Source: Bacteroidales bacterium
GTDB lineage: Bacteria > Bacteroidota > Bacteroidia > Bacteroidales > UBA1715
Length of the DNA: 64,000 bases
Direction: 5' to 3'
Assembly: GCA_045600045.1 (NCBI GenBank)
Contig: JAZRXD010000015.1
Location: 11,330-75,329, forward strand
A program made the position numbers and the translations under genes. Shown piece after piece: positions 40,144 to 50,500 of this stretch (its first letter is position 1; the number at the start of each line of letters is the position of its first letter). A model generated the notes under the pieces. The model saw nothing but the letters and a program-made list of their open reading frames with translations, had not been told where the DNA came from and did not search any database.

Positions 40144-42612
40144 TTATTTAGCCTTGAAAATCTCCTCACCTTCGTATTTCTTCATTTCGTTTCCTTGGTT
40201 ATTATATGTTGGTACGTATTCTTCTGCTGGTTGAACATCTTCAACTTCTTCAGGAGCCGGAGAATAAACCTCATCTTCGTCTTCAAAATCCATTGGAGCC
40301 ATCTCGATTACAGGCGATGAAGCAGGTCTTGAAGGCGTTTGTTTTACAGCAGGTGCTGGAGTTTGAGCAGGAGCTGAAGGTTGAATAGGACTTTCAGAAA
40401 TCATAGGTGCTGCTGTTTGTGTTTCTTGACGAGAAGCAGAATTATTTTCATTTACTTCAATAAAATCTTCATCTTCTTCGTCAGCACCCATAATAATTAT
40501 ACCACCACCTGTCGCACCCGAATTTCCACTTACTGCTGGCTTTTCAACAGGAGCTTCTCCGTCTTTGTACAAAGATGTTCCATCTACTTCGTCAACCATT
40601 TTCTTTTGAGTAGAAATTTCATATTTTATTTCTTCAAACAATTCTTCTTCGTATTCAATATCAACGGCAATAATTTCAATTTTACGTTGATATGCAGCGG
40701 CTGGACTATAAACTGACATCCATTTTTGACGTCTATCCGAAATAGCACTTACTTGAGCACCAGAACTTGTATAGAAAGTATTTTCAGCCTTTACAACACC
40801 GATTGGTTCGTAAATGTATTTCAAACTTCCTTTTCCTGATTTAGGTTCATTATGTAAAAATTGATTCAAAGAACCATCTTTGAATGTGCTGAAATAATTC
40901 TGAATACAAGAAATACGTTTCTTTGCCACAATTTCATTGTATGCCAAATTACCCACTGGACTTGCGTAACCCTTAAATGCAACAACAATATCTTGTCCGT
41001 CATGTAAAATCACATCCATCAATTCGGCAAACAATGCCAACTTTTCATATTCTTCCTGCAAATCACTGAAGAATGTTTCCACAGTCTTTACATCGTATTT
41101 ATAACGTTCTGACGGTGAATATTTTGTGTATTCCTTGATATATTCATCTTTCTTTGCCATAAAGTCATAATACAAATGCTCATAAACTTTGTCTGTTACA
41201 GAGTCTTTCGATCTTGGATCAGGATAGTCATTATCGAAATACAAGGTAATTGGAATCAAGTCGGTAATACGCGCAATAGAACGTTTTACCAAGGAATGAG
41301 CATATATATCATTACTATAAGCTTTACCAATCAATTTTAGAGAACCTTCACGGTTTGAACACCAATATGCACGCAAAGTGTCACGTGAATATGCATAATA
41401 CAAATCATTGTACGAAGAGTTTATCGGTGTACCGATATTCACTGCTGGTGACCAACGTCCATTATTTATATCTCCTTTGGATGAAAATATGTCGAATCCT
41501 CCAAGACTTGTATGCCATTCACTACTAAAATACAATATAGAATCTCTTGAATCAAAGAATGGTGAGACTTCATCTCCGATTGTGTTTACATTCTTGCTAC
41601 AGTTTTGTACTGCTCCCCAACTTCCATCACTTTCCTTTTTTGAATACCAAATATCATAGCCTCCCTTTGTTCCTTTACGATTCGAAGCAAAGAACAAATA
41701 ATCACCTTCTGGGGTATATGCAATTTGCGGAGTTGTATTGCTTGTTTGTGACATATTTATCGGAGCTGGCAATTTCGTAATATTTGAAAATACCACAGTC
41801 GAAGGATTGAAATCCGCAGAATAAATTGCACAATCATATCCTATACATTTGCTAAAATATGCCTTGCGTCCATCTTTTGTGAAAGATAGATTATTAACGT
41901 GTGCATTTTCATCAGACAAAGATTTAACTTCTTTTATATCCGACCACGACGAATCACTATGACGAGTTGCTTGCATCACTTTCGTCATATAGTTTGCGTA
42001 GATAAATGAAGTGTCTGCCAATTTTGCATCCAAAGGACGGATACCTCCAAAGAAAAACAGGGTATCATTGTATTGACATGGAGCATATTCCGCATACATT
42101 GAATTCACATCTTTATCTTCAATGCGTATTGCCTCCAAACCGACTGATTCGCCAACTTTTTGAATTTGCTTTGTAAGAACATCAACTTCTTCTTTAGCTT
42201 TTTTGGTGTAATAATCGTTTTTGGATTTGTTCAATTTACAATGTGCTTCGTATTGAATTTTTGCAGAATCATATTTGCCTTGCAATTTCAACATTTCAGC
42301 AAACCAATAATTAGCCAAGTGAAACGTAACAGAATCTTTTGAAATTGCTATACGATAATATTTTTCTGCATCAGGATAGTTTTGGTATCCGCGACAAGCT
42401 TCGGCACATTTAAAAGCAATATTAGGATTGTCGACATATTCCAATGCTTTTTCATAAGCTTGATGCGCTCCATAAAAGTTAGCATGGGCGAAACAAGTGT
42501 CACCCAACGCAATATAAGCTTCATAATACAATTTCTTACCTTGCGCAAAAGACGCAATCGAAATAGATAAGAAGACAAAAAAAACAGAAATTATGCGACT
42601 AATTCGATTCAT
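40144..42612 (-). CDS. PorE-like paralog: TPR + TolB-like beta-propeller + degenerate OmpA_C-like segment + acidic/Pro-rich disordered tail
   Basis: 822 aa. Signal peptide; TPR units (ALGDTCFAHANFYGAHQAYEKALEY...). TolB-like repeats (..YAPCQYNDTLFFFG.., ..LSFTKDGRKAYFSK.., ..AYTPEGDYLFFASNR.., ..PFFDSRDSILYFSS..). An OmpA-like segment lacks the canonical residues (ITLYFDNDYPDP...VVAFKGYASPVGNLAYNEIVAKKRISCIQNYF; no GHTD, no NRRVE). The last ~170 aa are low-complexity (..DEEDEDFIEV..PAPAVKQTPSRPASSP..FEDEDEVYSPAPEEVEDVQPAEE..). Confidence 0.6.
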   Translation of the reverse strand: MNRISRIISVFFVFLSISIASFAQGKKLYYEAYIALGDTCFAHANFYGAHQAYEKALEYVDNPNIAFKCAEACRGYQNYPDAEKYYRIAISKDSVTFHLANYWFAEMLKLQGKYDSAKIQYEAHCKLNKSKNDYYTKKAKEEVDVLTKQIQKVGESVGLEAIRIEDKDVNSMYAEYAPCQYNDTLFFFGGIRPLDAKLADTSFIYANYMTKVMQATRHSDSSWSDIKEVKSLSDENAHVNNLSFTKDGRKAYFSKCIGYDCAIYSADFNPSTVVFSNITKLPAPINMSQTSNTTPQIAYTPEGDYLFFASNRKGTKGGYDIWYSKKESDGSWGAVQNCSKNVNTIGDEVSPFFDSRDSILYFSSEWHTSLGGFDIFSSKGDINNGRWSPAVNIGTPINSSYNDLYYAYSRDTLRAYWCSNREGSLKLIGKAYSNDIYAHSLVKRSIARITDLIPITLYFDNDYPDPRSKDSVTDKVYEHLYYDFMAKKDEYIKEYTKYSPSERYKYDVKTVETFFSDLQEEYEKLALFAELMDVILHDGQDIVVAFKGYASPVGNLAYNEIVAKKRISCIQNYFSTFKDGSLNQFLHNEPKSGKGSLKYIYEPIGVVKAENTFYTSSGAQVSAISDRRQKWMSVYSPAAAYQRKIEIIAVDIEYEEELFEEIKYEISTQKKMVDEVDGTSLYKDGEAPVEKPAVSGNSGATGGGIIIMGADEEDEDFIEVNENNSASRQETQTAAPMISESPIQPSAPAQTPAPAVKQTPSRPASSPVIEMAPMDFEDEDEVYSPAPEEVEDVQPAEEYVPTYNNQGNEMKKYEGEEIFKAK

Positions 42613-42615
42613 ATA

Positions 42616-43668
42616 CTATCTAAATGGATCATTTACAATACCTTCCGGATTTACTAAAATAGGAGCTCTACAGTTCAATAATTTTAGAGAAAATTCGAAA
42701 CTGTCGCCACCAACATTGTTAGATGTAGCCCATTTATTTGCCTCACGGTAACTTGAAAGAGTTATATCATAACTAAATCCGAATTGCAACGTCCAGTTTT
42801 TATTAATTGGTTTATCAAATGACAAACCCAAAATTAACGCATCCTTTACACGATACCAAGAACCAACATAAATCGCGTCAATCACAGAAGTATATTCACC
42901 TACAGAACATTTCAAATACGTTCCGAAATTCATCTCATTATACATTTTTTGATTTATGTAAATGAAACTTGGAAGAAGTGTAAATGTCGAATTCAAAGGA
43001 CAAACAGAATTTGCATTTAAAGAAAAACGTCCGTAATTATCTTCTGAATCTTGACTTGCAACAGCCAAACCTCCACCGCCAGAGCCTAATAATCTGAAGA
43101 ACGTGGCACCAACATTTACAGGCACTTTTCGCGTTACGAAATATTGTGCATTCAAACCTACACCCAAATCAAAATAGAAACGAGTTGTGTTTTCCAATTC
43201 CGATCCTGTAGTATATTCACCAGTCAACGGATTGATGTTTGTTCCTAATCTCAATTTATCTTCATTAATACTCATCAAGTTGAAAGCAGCATCTAAGCCA
43301 AGGGAAATACGCAATCTTCCCATGTTATAATGATATGCTGGCATTAATTTAAATTGAGTATTTCCATAAGAGTTCTCACCAGAATAATCAGCAACTACCA
43401 AACCTCCCAAACCAATGGAACCACCTAACAACTGGATTTTTTCAAGATGTTGATCGTACGAAGCCAAAAAAGTACTATACGTTTTCCACTGGCCTTTGTA
43501 ATTCGTATAAATACGATTGTGACATTCATTTACTCCAGATAACGCAGGATTATAATACAGCGGTGCCGCATCAAACTGCGAAAAGTGAGTGTCTTGAGCT
43601 ACGGCAGGCAACACCAAACTTGCTAGAATGGCAGTCGCCGCAGTGATTTTCTTAAGGTGAATGTTCAT
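42616..43668 (-). CDS. PorP/SprF-family T9SS outer-membrane protein
   Basis: 350 aa. Signal peptide followed by AQDTHFSQFDAAPLYYNPALSG, the PorP/SprF N-terminal motif. Beta-barrel-like alternating pattern. Its stop is 3 nt from the start of the next gene. Confidence 0.85.
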   Translation of the reverse strand: MNIHLKKITAATAILASLVLPAVAQDTHFSQFDAAPLYYNPALSGVNECHNRIYTNYKGQWKTYSTFLASYDQHLEKIQLLGGSIGLGGLVVADYSGENSYGNTQFKLMPAYHYNMGRLRISLGLDAAFNLMSINEDKLRLGTNINPLTGEYTTGSELENTTRFYFDLGVGLNAQYFVTRKVPVNVGATFFRLLGSGGGGLAVASQDSEDNYGRFSLNANSVCPLNSTFTLLPSFIYINQKMYNEMNFGTYLKCSVGEYTSVIDAIYVGSWYRVKDALILGLSFDKPINKNWTLQFGFSYDITLSSYREANKWATSNNVGGDSFEFSLKLLNCRAPILVNPEGIVNDPFR

Positions 43669-43731
43669 GTAATAACTCTGAATCCTAGAATTTTAGCAAA
43701 TATATAAATAAATTTTGTAAAAATTATTTTT

Positions 43732-45774
43732 TTACGAAATACTGCATCCCTCTTTAATTTTTTTCTCGGTTGAAACAAAGTGAAGTTTTCCGTCATGACC
43801 CTCTGCCATCAATATCATTCCCTGTGATTCGATATTTTTAAGCTTACGAGGTACAAGATTTACAAGAACACTAACCTGACGACCGACACATTCTTCCGGA
43901 GTAAAATGTTCTGCGATACCAGAAACAATTGTTCTTGTGTCGATTCCTGTATTAACCGTCAATTTCATTAACTTGTCTGTTTTGGGTACTCGCTCTGCGG
44001 CTAAAATTGTTCCCATACGAATATCCATTTTGGCAAAATCTTCGTATGAAATCAAAGGTTTTTGTTCTGCAACTGGTGCATTTAAAGCTTCTTCTGCTTC
44101 GCGAGCTTCTTTTGCGGCCTTCAATTTTGCAATTTGGGCATCAACCTCTGCGTCTTCTATTTTGCGGAACATCAATTCTGCTTGACCAATTTCTTTTCCT
44201 TCTGTCATAAGAGATACATTTCCTGCATCAGCCCATTTAGCTTTTCCTAAATTCATCATCTTCATAATTTTAGCAGATGAAAATGGCAAGAATGGTTCAA
44301 ACAAAATTCCACAGTTTGCAGTTATTTGCAAACAAACATTCAAAATAGTTGCAACACGAGCTTCGTCGGTTTTTATCAATTTCCAAGGTTCTGTTTCAGT
44401 CAAATATTTATTTCCAACGCGAGCCAACTGCATTGCATCTTTCAACGCATCACGGAAACGGTAGTTTTCAATATTTTTTGAAATATTTTCTTTTGCTTCG
44501 GTGATTGCTTGCAAAGCTTGTTTGTCAACATCATTTAAAGTACCTTTTGCAGGAACATTCCCTGCAAAATATTTTTGTGTTAATACAACAACACGATTCA
44601 CAAAATTACCAAGAATTGCCACCAATTCGTTGTTATTACGTGCCTGGAAGTCTTTCCAAGTGAAATCGTTGTCTTTTGTTTCCGGGGCATTCGCCGTTAA
44701 AACATAACGAAGTGTATCTTGTTGATCCTTAAAATCTTCCAAATATTCGTTCAACCAAACAGCCCAATTATGAGATGTTGAAATTTTATCGCCTTCTAGA
44801 TTCAAAAACTCATTGGCAGGAACATTTTCTGGTAAAATATAATCTCCGTGCGCCTTTAACATTACAGGGAACACAATACAATGGAACACAATATTGTCTT
44901 TTCCAATAAAATGTACCAACTTGGAATCTTCCGATTTCCAATATTTTTCCCAATCTGGAGTACATTCCTGCGTAGAAGTGATGTAACCTATTGGAGCATC
45001 AAACCAAACGTACAAAACCTTGCCTTCGGTTCCTTCCAAAGGAAGTGGCACACCCCAATCCAAATCACGGCTTACGGCACGAGGGTGCAAACCTCCGTCC
45101 AACCACGATTTACATTGACCATATACGTTCGTTTTCCATTCTTTGTGACCTTCAAGAATCCAATTTCTAAGAAAATCTTCCCATTTGTCAAGTGGCAAAT
45201 ACCAATGTTTTGTTGCTTTTTTTATTGGCTTTGCGCCAGAAAGTTTACTTACTGGATTTACCAATTCTTCTGGAGAAAGCGAGCTACCACATTTTTCGCA
45301 TTGATCGCCGTAAGCTCCTTCTGCACCACATTTCGGACAAGTACCAACAATGTATCTATCAGCCAGAAATTGTTGTGCTTCCTCATCGTAATATTGCTCA
45401 GATGTTTGTTCTATAAACTCTCCTTTGTCGTACAATGTTTTGAAAAAATCCGATGATACTTTTGTATGCAAATCGTGCGAAGTACGGGAATAATTTGAAA
45501 AACTTATTCCAAATTCTTCGAACGATTTTCTAATGATTGCATCGTAGCGGTCAACAATATCTTGTGGAGAACAATTCTCTTTTTTTGCTTTGATAGTAAT
45601 CGGAACGCCGTGTTCGTCGCTACCGCATACAAAAAGCACATCCTTGTCATTCATTCGTAAATAACGAACATAGATATCGGCTGGAACATAGACACCTGCA
45701 AGATGTCCGATATGAACTGGTCCATTCGCATACGGAAGGGCTGCTGTAATAAGGTAACGTTTATAGTCTGTCAT
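43732..45774 (-). CDS. metG: Methionine--tRNA ligase (with C-terminal EMAP/tRNA-binding domain)
   Basis: The HIGH motif context [27 protein letters not shown] marks the true start at ATG 45774. Zn knuckles CPKCG...CEKCG, and a C-terminal tRNA-binding domain ([27 protein letters not shown]). The track ORF (to 45972) adds 66 aa that overlap the divergent gene and the promoter boxes. Confidence 0.96.
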   Translation of the reverse strand: MTDYKRYLITAALPYANGPVHIGHLAGVYVPADIYVRYLRMNDKDVLFVCGSDEHGVPITIKAKKENCSPQDIVDRYDAIIRKSFEEFGISFSNYSRTSHDLHTKVSSDFFKTLYDKGEFIEQTSEQYYDEEAQQFLADRYIVGTCPKCGAEGAYGDQCEKCGSSLSPEELVNPVSKLSGAKPIKKATKHWYLPLDKWEDFLRNWILEGHKEWKTNVYGQCKSWLDGGLHPRAVSRDLDWGVPLPLEGTEGKVLYVWFDAPIGYITSTQECTPDWEKYWKSEDSKLVHFIGKDNIVFHCIVFPVMLKAHGDYILPENVPANEFLNLEGDKISTSHNWAVWLNEYLEDFKDQQDTLRYVLTANAPETKDNDFTWKDFQARNNNELVAILGNFVNRVVVLTQKYFAGNVPAKGTLNDVDKQALQAITEAKENISKNIENYRFRDALKDAMQLARVGNKYLTETEPWKLIKTDEARVATILNVCLQITANCGILFEPFLPFSSAKIMKMMNLGKAKWADAGNVSLMTEGKEIGQAELMFRKIEDAEVDAQIAKLKAAKEAREAEEALNAPVAEQKPLISYEDFAKMDIRMGTILAAERVPKTDKLMKLTVNTGIDTRTIVSGIAEHFTPEECVGRQVSVLVNLVPRKLKNIESQGMILMAEGHDGKLHFVSTEKKIKEGCSIS

Positions 45775-45799
45775 TTGATTAGTATTTTTTTTACCTTCG

Positions 45800-45807
45800 C
45801 AAAGATA
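45800..45807 (-). promoter_or_regulatory. Bacteroidota -7 promoter box (TATCTTTG) for metG
   Basis: The reverse complement is TATCTTTG, 25 nt upstream of ATG 45774 and inside the spurious 5' extension of the track ORF. Confidence 0.5.
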
Positions 45808-45819
45808 TATTTTTTGTGC

Positions 45820-45827
45820 TAAATTTG
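45820..45827 (+). promoter_or_regulatory. Bacteroidota -7 promoter box (TAAATTTG) for the LD-carboxypeptidase gene
   Basis: TAAATTTG lies 11 nt upstream of ATG 45839, which would give a very short leader. Confidence 0.4.
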
Positions 45828-45838
45828 AACAAACAACA

Positions 45839-46723
45839 ATGATTAGACCTGATTTTTTACAAGAAGGTGATACAATTGCAATAGTTTCGCCAGCTGGACC
45901 AATCCACGAAGATTCTTTAGATTTCGCAATTGAGACATTACAGTCATGGGGATTTTGTGTAGAAATTGGCAAACATGCATATAATCGTTATGGCGTTTTT
46001 GCTGGCACCGACACTGAACGTGCCGAAGATTTTCAAAAAGCAATTAACGACAAAAATATAAAAGCAATTCTTTGTGCAAGAGGCGGATATGGTTCTATTC
46101 GAATTGTAAACAAATTAGACTTTTCGAAATTTAAAAAAAATCCCAAATGGATAATCGGCTTTAGCGACATAACCGTTTTCCATGCGAAATTGAATTCTCT
46201 TGGTTTCCAATCAATCCACGGAGCCATGGCAAAAAGTTTCAACTCAATTGATGAAGAATCTCTCCTTACTCTAAAAAATGTTTTACAAGGAAACGTCAAT
46301 TTTGAATTGCAAACAACGAATTCTCCTTATAACAAACCTGGTAATTGCAAAGGTCGTCTTGTCGGCGGAAATCTATCAATGCTCTACAGTATGCGGGGCG
46401 CTCCGTTTGAATATGATTATTCAGGGAAAATCTTATTTATAGAAGATTTGAATGAATATCTATATCATATAGATAGAATGATTCAAAATCTAAAACATTC
46501 TGAAATTTTGGCTAACATTTCTGGATTAGTGGTTGGAACAATGAGCGGAATGCGGAATGGTGTTGACGAATACACTGGCACCATAGAAGATATTATACTC
46601 GATGCTGTTTCTGAATACGATTATCCTGTAGTTTTTGATTACCCTTCGGGACATGAAGAAAAAAATTCCGCAATGATTTTTGGAGCTGAATATACGTTAC
46701 AAGCAAACAATAAACTAGTATAA
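45839..46723 (+). CDS. LD-carboxypeptidase (peptidase S66, LdcA-like)
   Basis: 294 aa. [14 protein letters not shown]-terminus, [14 protein letters not shown] (nucleophile Ser context) and C-terminal GH..E pattern ([15 protein letters not shown]). Confidence 0.85.
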   Translation: MIRPDFLQEGDTIAIVSPAGPIHEDSLDFAIETLQSWGFCVEIGKHAYNRYGVFAGTDTERAEDFQKAINDKNIKAILCARGGYGSIRIVNKLDFSKFKKNPKWIIGFSDITVFHAKLNSLGFQSIHGAMAKSFNSIDEESLLTLKNVLQGNVNFELQTTNSPYNKPGNCKGRLVGGNLSMLYSMRGAPFEYDYSGKILFIEDLNEYLYHIDRMIQNLKHSEILANISGLVVGTMSGMRNGVDEYTGTIEDIILDAVSEYDYPVVFDYPSGHEEKNSAMIFGAEYTLQANNKLV

Positions 46724-46731
46724 AATCTTAG

Positions 46732-47376
46732 TTACCGCAGATTTTCGAATTTTTGATATTGAGAGATATTGAAAACCGACGTATCCACAGGGTGTGAATT
46801 GATTTTCGTCACACAAAATGTAGCTTTCGAAGCTCGTAACAAAGTCTTATTTTCTATCATCATTGGCATTACGCCTTGCATTTTACTTTGTGGCAAAGCC
46901 TTGAAAAATAAGAAATGGTCTTCCAATGACATTGCAACTTGCGACATAGGAGTATAAAAATTAAAATTGTCGCCTGCAATCCAATACGTTATTTCTGTGT
47001 TTTCCTCAATATTTTTCACACGCCATTGACTACACTTATAACCATTAATGTATTTGTAATTACCAGTATGGATAACTTCCATATTTTGAACATATTTATT
47101 TGAAACTGGAAATGATTCCAATTGGGTGTAAACACGCTTGTTTGGATTGATTATCATAACTGATTTGTCCTGCAAATTCACGATATACGCTCTAATTGTT
47201 CTCTTATATTTATCATATTCGTCAATTCGCACGCAGTCATTTTTTATTGTATATACATAATATAACGTATCAGAAAACGTCGTTTTCACATAACTAACTT
47301 CACCCTCGAACTGACCTTGGGCAAAGGTTACGACAACAAAGAAAAAACAAACAATAAACGCGTATATTTTTCTCAT
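46732..47376 (-). CDS. Hypothetical secreted protein (DUF4412-like)
   Basis: The start is moved to ATG 47376 (MRKIYAFIVCFFFVVVTFAQGQ, a signal peptide), supported by a TATCTTTG box (reverse complement of 47398-47405) 21 nt upstream. The family assignment is tentative. Confidence 0.5.
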   Translation of the reverse strand: MRKIYAFIVCFFFVVVTFAQGQFEGEVSYVKTTFSDTLYYVYTIKNDCVRIDEYDKYKRTIRAYIVNLQDKSVMIINPNKRVYTQLESFPVSNKYVQNMEVIHTGNYKYINGYKCSQWRVKNIEENTEITYWIAGDNFNFYTPMSQVAMSLEDHFLFFKALPQSKMQGVMPMMIENKTLLRASKATFCVTKINSHPVDTSVFNISQYQKFENLR

Positions 47377-47397
47377 AGGCGAAAACCTAAATCTTAA

Positions 47398-47405
47398 CAA
47401 AGATA
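47398..47405 (-). promoter_or_regulatory. Bacteroidota -7 promoter box (TATCTTTG)
   Basis: The reverse complement of 47398-47405 is TATCTTTG, 21 nt upstream of ATG 47376. Confidence 0.5.
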
Positions 47406-47541
47406 GTGTAAAAAACACCAAAAGTCAAGATTAATACAAAATGCTTAATGCATAATTATGATTTATATGCTTGGTGATAAACTTGGTCCTTGATTACCCT
47501 AATTAATAGCTCTTGTTTCCTATTTCAGAAAACTGAAACAT

Positions 47542-47574
47542 AAAAAAAAGAGGTTGCCCTCACTGGACAACCTC
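47542..47574 (-). terminator. Rho-independent terminator after the giant GH8 gene
   Basis: Arms GAGGTTG (47550-47556) and CAACCTC (47568-47574) with an 11-nt loop. On the minus strand the stem is followed by TTTTTTTT (47542-49). It lies 25 nt downstream of the stop at 47599. Confidence 0.8.
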
Positions 47575-47598
47575 CTTGGAAATTCGAATAATTATTAA

Positions 47599-50500
47599 TT
47601 ATTTCTTGATGAATGATTTAACAACCATTCCATCTTCTGTTTCAATTATTACACTGTAAGTTCCTTGTGCAAAGTTAGAAGCATTGATTTCTACTTCATT
47701 GCTATTAGCAACTTCTTGATAAACAACTTTACCTGCAAGAGAAACAACCTTTACAGATTTCAAATTGTCAGCTTCTACAGTTACAAATTCAGAAACTAGT
47801 GTTGGATAAACTTTTGCGTTAATAGTTGCTACATCTTCAATAGCATCATAAACTTCAACATCAGGATCCTCACCCATTGCTTCGATAGCTTTTTTCAATC
47901 GAAGAGCAGCAGCGTCAACTTTTTGTTGAGTAGCAAATTCTTCGTAACGAACTGTTTGAGCGTCCATCCAAGCATTTTGGAATTCGTTGTAAATTAATGG
48001 AGATATTTGACCCTTAGCCCAACCGATGATGATATCACCAGCATCTACTTTGTAATAAACTGAGTAAGCACCCCATTGTTCGTTTTCAATCAATTGAATC
48101 AAAGCTTCTTTATCAGCACGAACTGCAGTAACCGTTACCTTGATTTGAGCTTCAACACCATCAGCCAAAGCTTGGATTGTTACCATAGTTTCACCTTGTG
48201 CCAAAGTTGTTATTATACCATCAACATCAACAGAGATGATTGAAGGATCTGCAACAGTGTAAGTCAATTCTTTATAAGTAGCATTTGATGGAGCAATAGT
48301 AGCTTTAATTCCTGTACTTTGTCCAAATTCCAATGCAATATCCTTAGAAGTAATTGTTTCTACTGGAATCTTATCAATTGAAATATCGATGAAGTTAGAA
48401 ACACCAGAACCATCATTTGCAGTAGCAGTAATTTGAACGATACCTGGAGCTTTTGCCAAAACTACACCAAATTGTGTTACTGTTGCAATCTCTTCGTTGC
48501 TTGAAGACCAAGTAACTGTCTTATCAGATGCTGTAGCATCAGCTACTTCAACACTCAAGTTTGTTGTCATACCAACTGTCATTTGTTGAGAACCTTTAAC
48601 CTTGATTGATTTAACCAATTCAGTTACAACTACATTGATTGTTTTTGACAATGCTGAGTTATCGATAGATTTGATAACGATTTCGCTTCCTGCAGTACCT
48701 GCGATACCACGAACAGTATAAGAACCGTCACCATTATCTGTTAAGATAATTGCATCAGAAGATGTTGTAACCTCATAATTTGTTTGAGTTGTTTCTTCTG
48801 GAACTAATGATACATAGAATGTTTCTGAAGAACCACCTGCCTCAAGAGTCAATTCTGAAACATCAACTCTAATGTCGGTAATCTTAACTGTTTGTTGAAG
48901 AACTGTTACGACACATTCGTTAGAAACAACACCCTTGAAGTCTTGAGCTGTTGCAATAACTGAGAATGTTGAGTTAATAGGAGCATCAGCATTTACAGTG
49001 ATTGTTCCTTCTTCGTCAATTGTTGCAGGAGCATTTTCTGTCTTGATTGACCATACATATTCTTTGTTGTCAGCATTAAGTGGTTGGATGTCAACCTTGC
49101 TAATCTTATATGTACCACCAACTTCGATAGAAACTGATTCTGGAATTGTGATTGAAGTCACAGCGATTGGATCTGGATTAATCTTAACTGTTTGTTGTTT
49201 CTTCAACACCGAACCATCAGTTGAAGTTACAGTTGCAGTTACTGAAACTTGACGTGAAATACCTGCTTTATTAACTTCATCAGCAACACCACTTAATACA
49301 CCAGCCTCGCTAATTGAAGCATAAGTTGAATTACCCAAAGCCCAAGCAATTGATTGAATAGTTGCATTATCTGGAGTAATTACCAACAATTCAGCCATGT
49401 CAATTGTTTCCGAAGCGAAGATTTCAGGTGTACCTTCAACATCGAATGCTAATGCTGTTGCAGGAATAATTTGATCGCTAATAGTTACGGTACATTCACC
49501 CTTAACTTCACTACCATCGTTTGCTGTTGCAACAACCTTGAATGAATCACCGGATTTTCCAGTTACTGTAATCTCACCATCCGAAGTGATTGTAGCACCT
49601 TCGCCATCGATAGACCATGTAAATGACATATCAGTAGCTTGAGAAACAGTAGGTTGTTTCATTGTATATGTTGCACCCTCTTGCAATGTCATCGTAGTTC
49701 CTTCTTTAATTGCAATGCTTTCAACTAACACTGTCTTAGCAACAATTGAGACATTAAGAGTAGCAGTTTTTGAAGTTCCATCAGTTGTTGTTGCAGTTAC
49801 TTTTACAGTACCTGTACCATCATTCAATGTTTCTTCAGCAGTTAAAATACCAGCTTCGGTAATTGTCAATCCATCAGAAGCAATCCAACTGTATGTAACT
49901 ACAGCAACTTCTGGTTCGTAAGATACGATTGTGCTCAAATCTTTAGATTGACCACTTCCAATTGTAATAGAAGATTCTGAGAATGTTACATTAGTTACAG
50001 GAACTACAACTTCAACCTTACAAACGGCAGATTTACCTTCTGTGTAAGTTGATTTAACTGTGATGTTAGCTGTACCAACTGACATTGCAGTTACAACACC
50101 ATTTTGATCAACTGTTGCAACAGTTTCGTTATCAGAAGTCCAAGCAACTGCCGAGTTGTATTTGCCTTCTGAACCATCATAAGTAAGAGTTGCTGTCAAT
50201 TTGCTTGTAGCAGAAATTGATTTCAAAACAACTTCATCAGGAGTTACCATAATAGAAGCAACAGGATCATCATTACAATTAATAATGCTGATTTGTTGAG
50301 CAGGTGCAACACCTGAACATCCTGTTTCACCATCTGTTAAAGTATATTCAATATTAAGAACATCATTGATTGCGAAGTCACTTGGAACAAATGAAGTAGC
50401 AACATTGTCATTCAATTTGAATACACCTGTACCAGTTACACCATTGTTGTTAGCTGTCAATGTAATTTCATCAGCAACTGATTGACAGAATTCTTTTTGA

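Noticed and set aside
42616-43668. Possibility that the 350-aa outer-membrane protein next to the C25 peptidase operon is PorV (the usual PorU neighbour)
   Set aside because: Its N-terminus (AQDTHFSQFDAAPLYYNPALSG) is the PorP/SprF motif, and it closely parallels the other PorP/SprF gene at 34253. It does not match what I recall of the PorV/LptO family signature.
44881-45456. 191-aa plus-strand ORF antisense to metG, with similar antisense ORFs at 57073-57546, 56014-56298, 29207-29686, 10331-10828, 8545-8898, 61843-62220 and 60700-61017
   Set aside because: All lie fully inside well-supported genes on the opposite strand. Their translations are low-complexity and rich in Cys, Phe, Ile and Arg, as expected for the antisense of AT-rich coding DNA, and they have no promoter boxes or recognisable domains.
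45775-45972. 66-aa N-terminal extension of the metG ORF ([14 protein letters not shown]...) in the six-frame track
   Set aside because: The conserved MetRS N-terminus ([25 protein letters not shown]) starts at ATG 45774. The extension overlaps the divergent LD-carboxypeptidase gene and both promoter boxes, and it is Cys/Ile-rich with no resemblance to MetRS.
47377-47421. 15-aa upstream extension (MVFFTLSLLRFRFSP) of the 46732 gene
   Set aside because: The internal ATG 47376 gives a clean signal peptide and has a TATCTTTG box 21 nt upstream. That box lies inside the extension.
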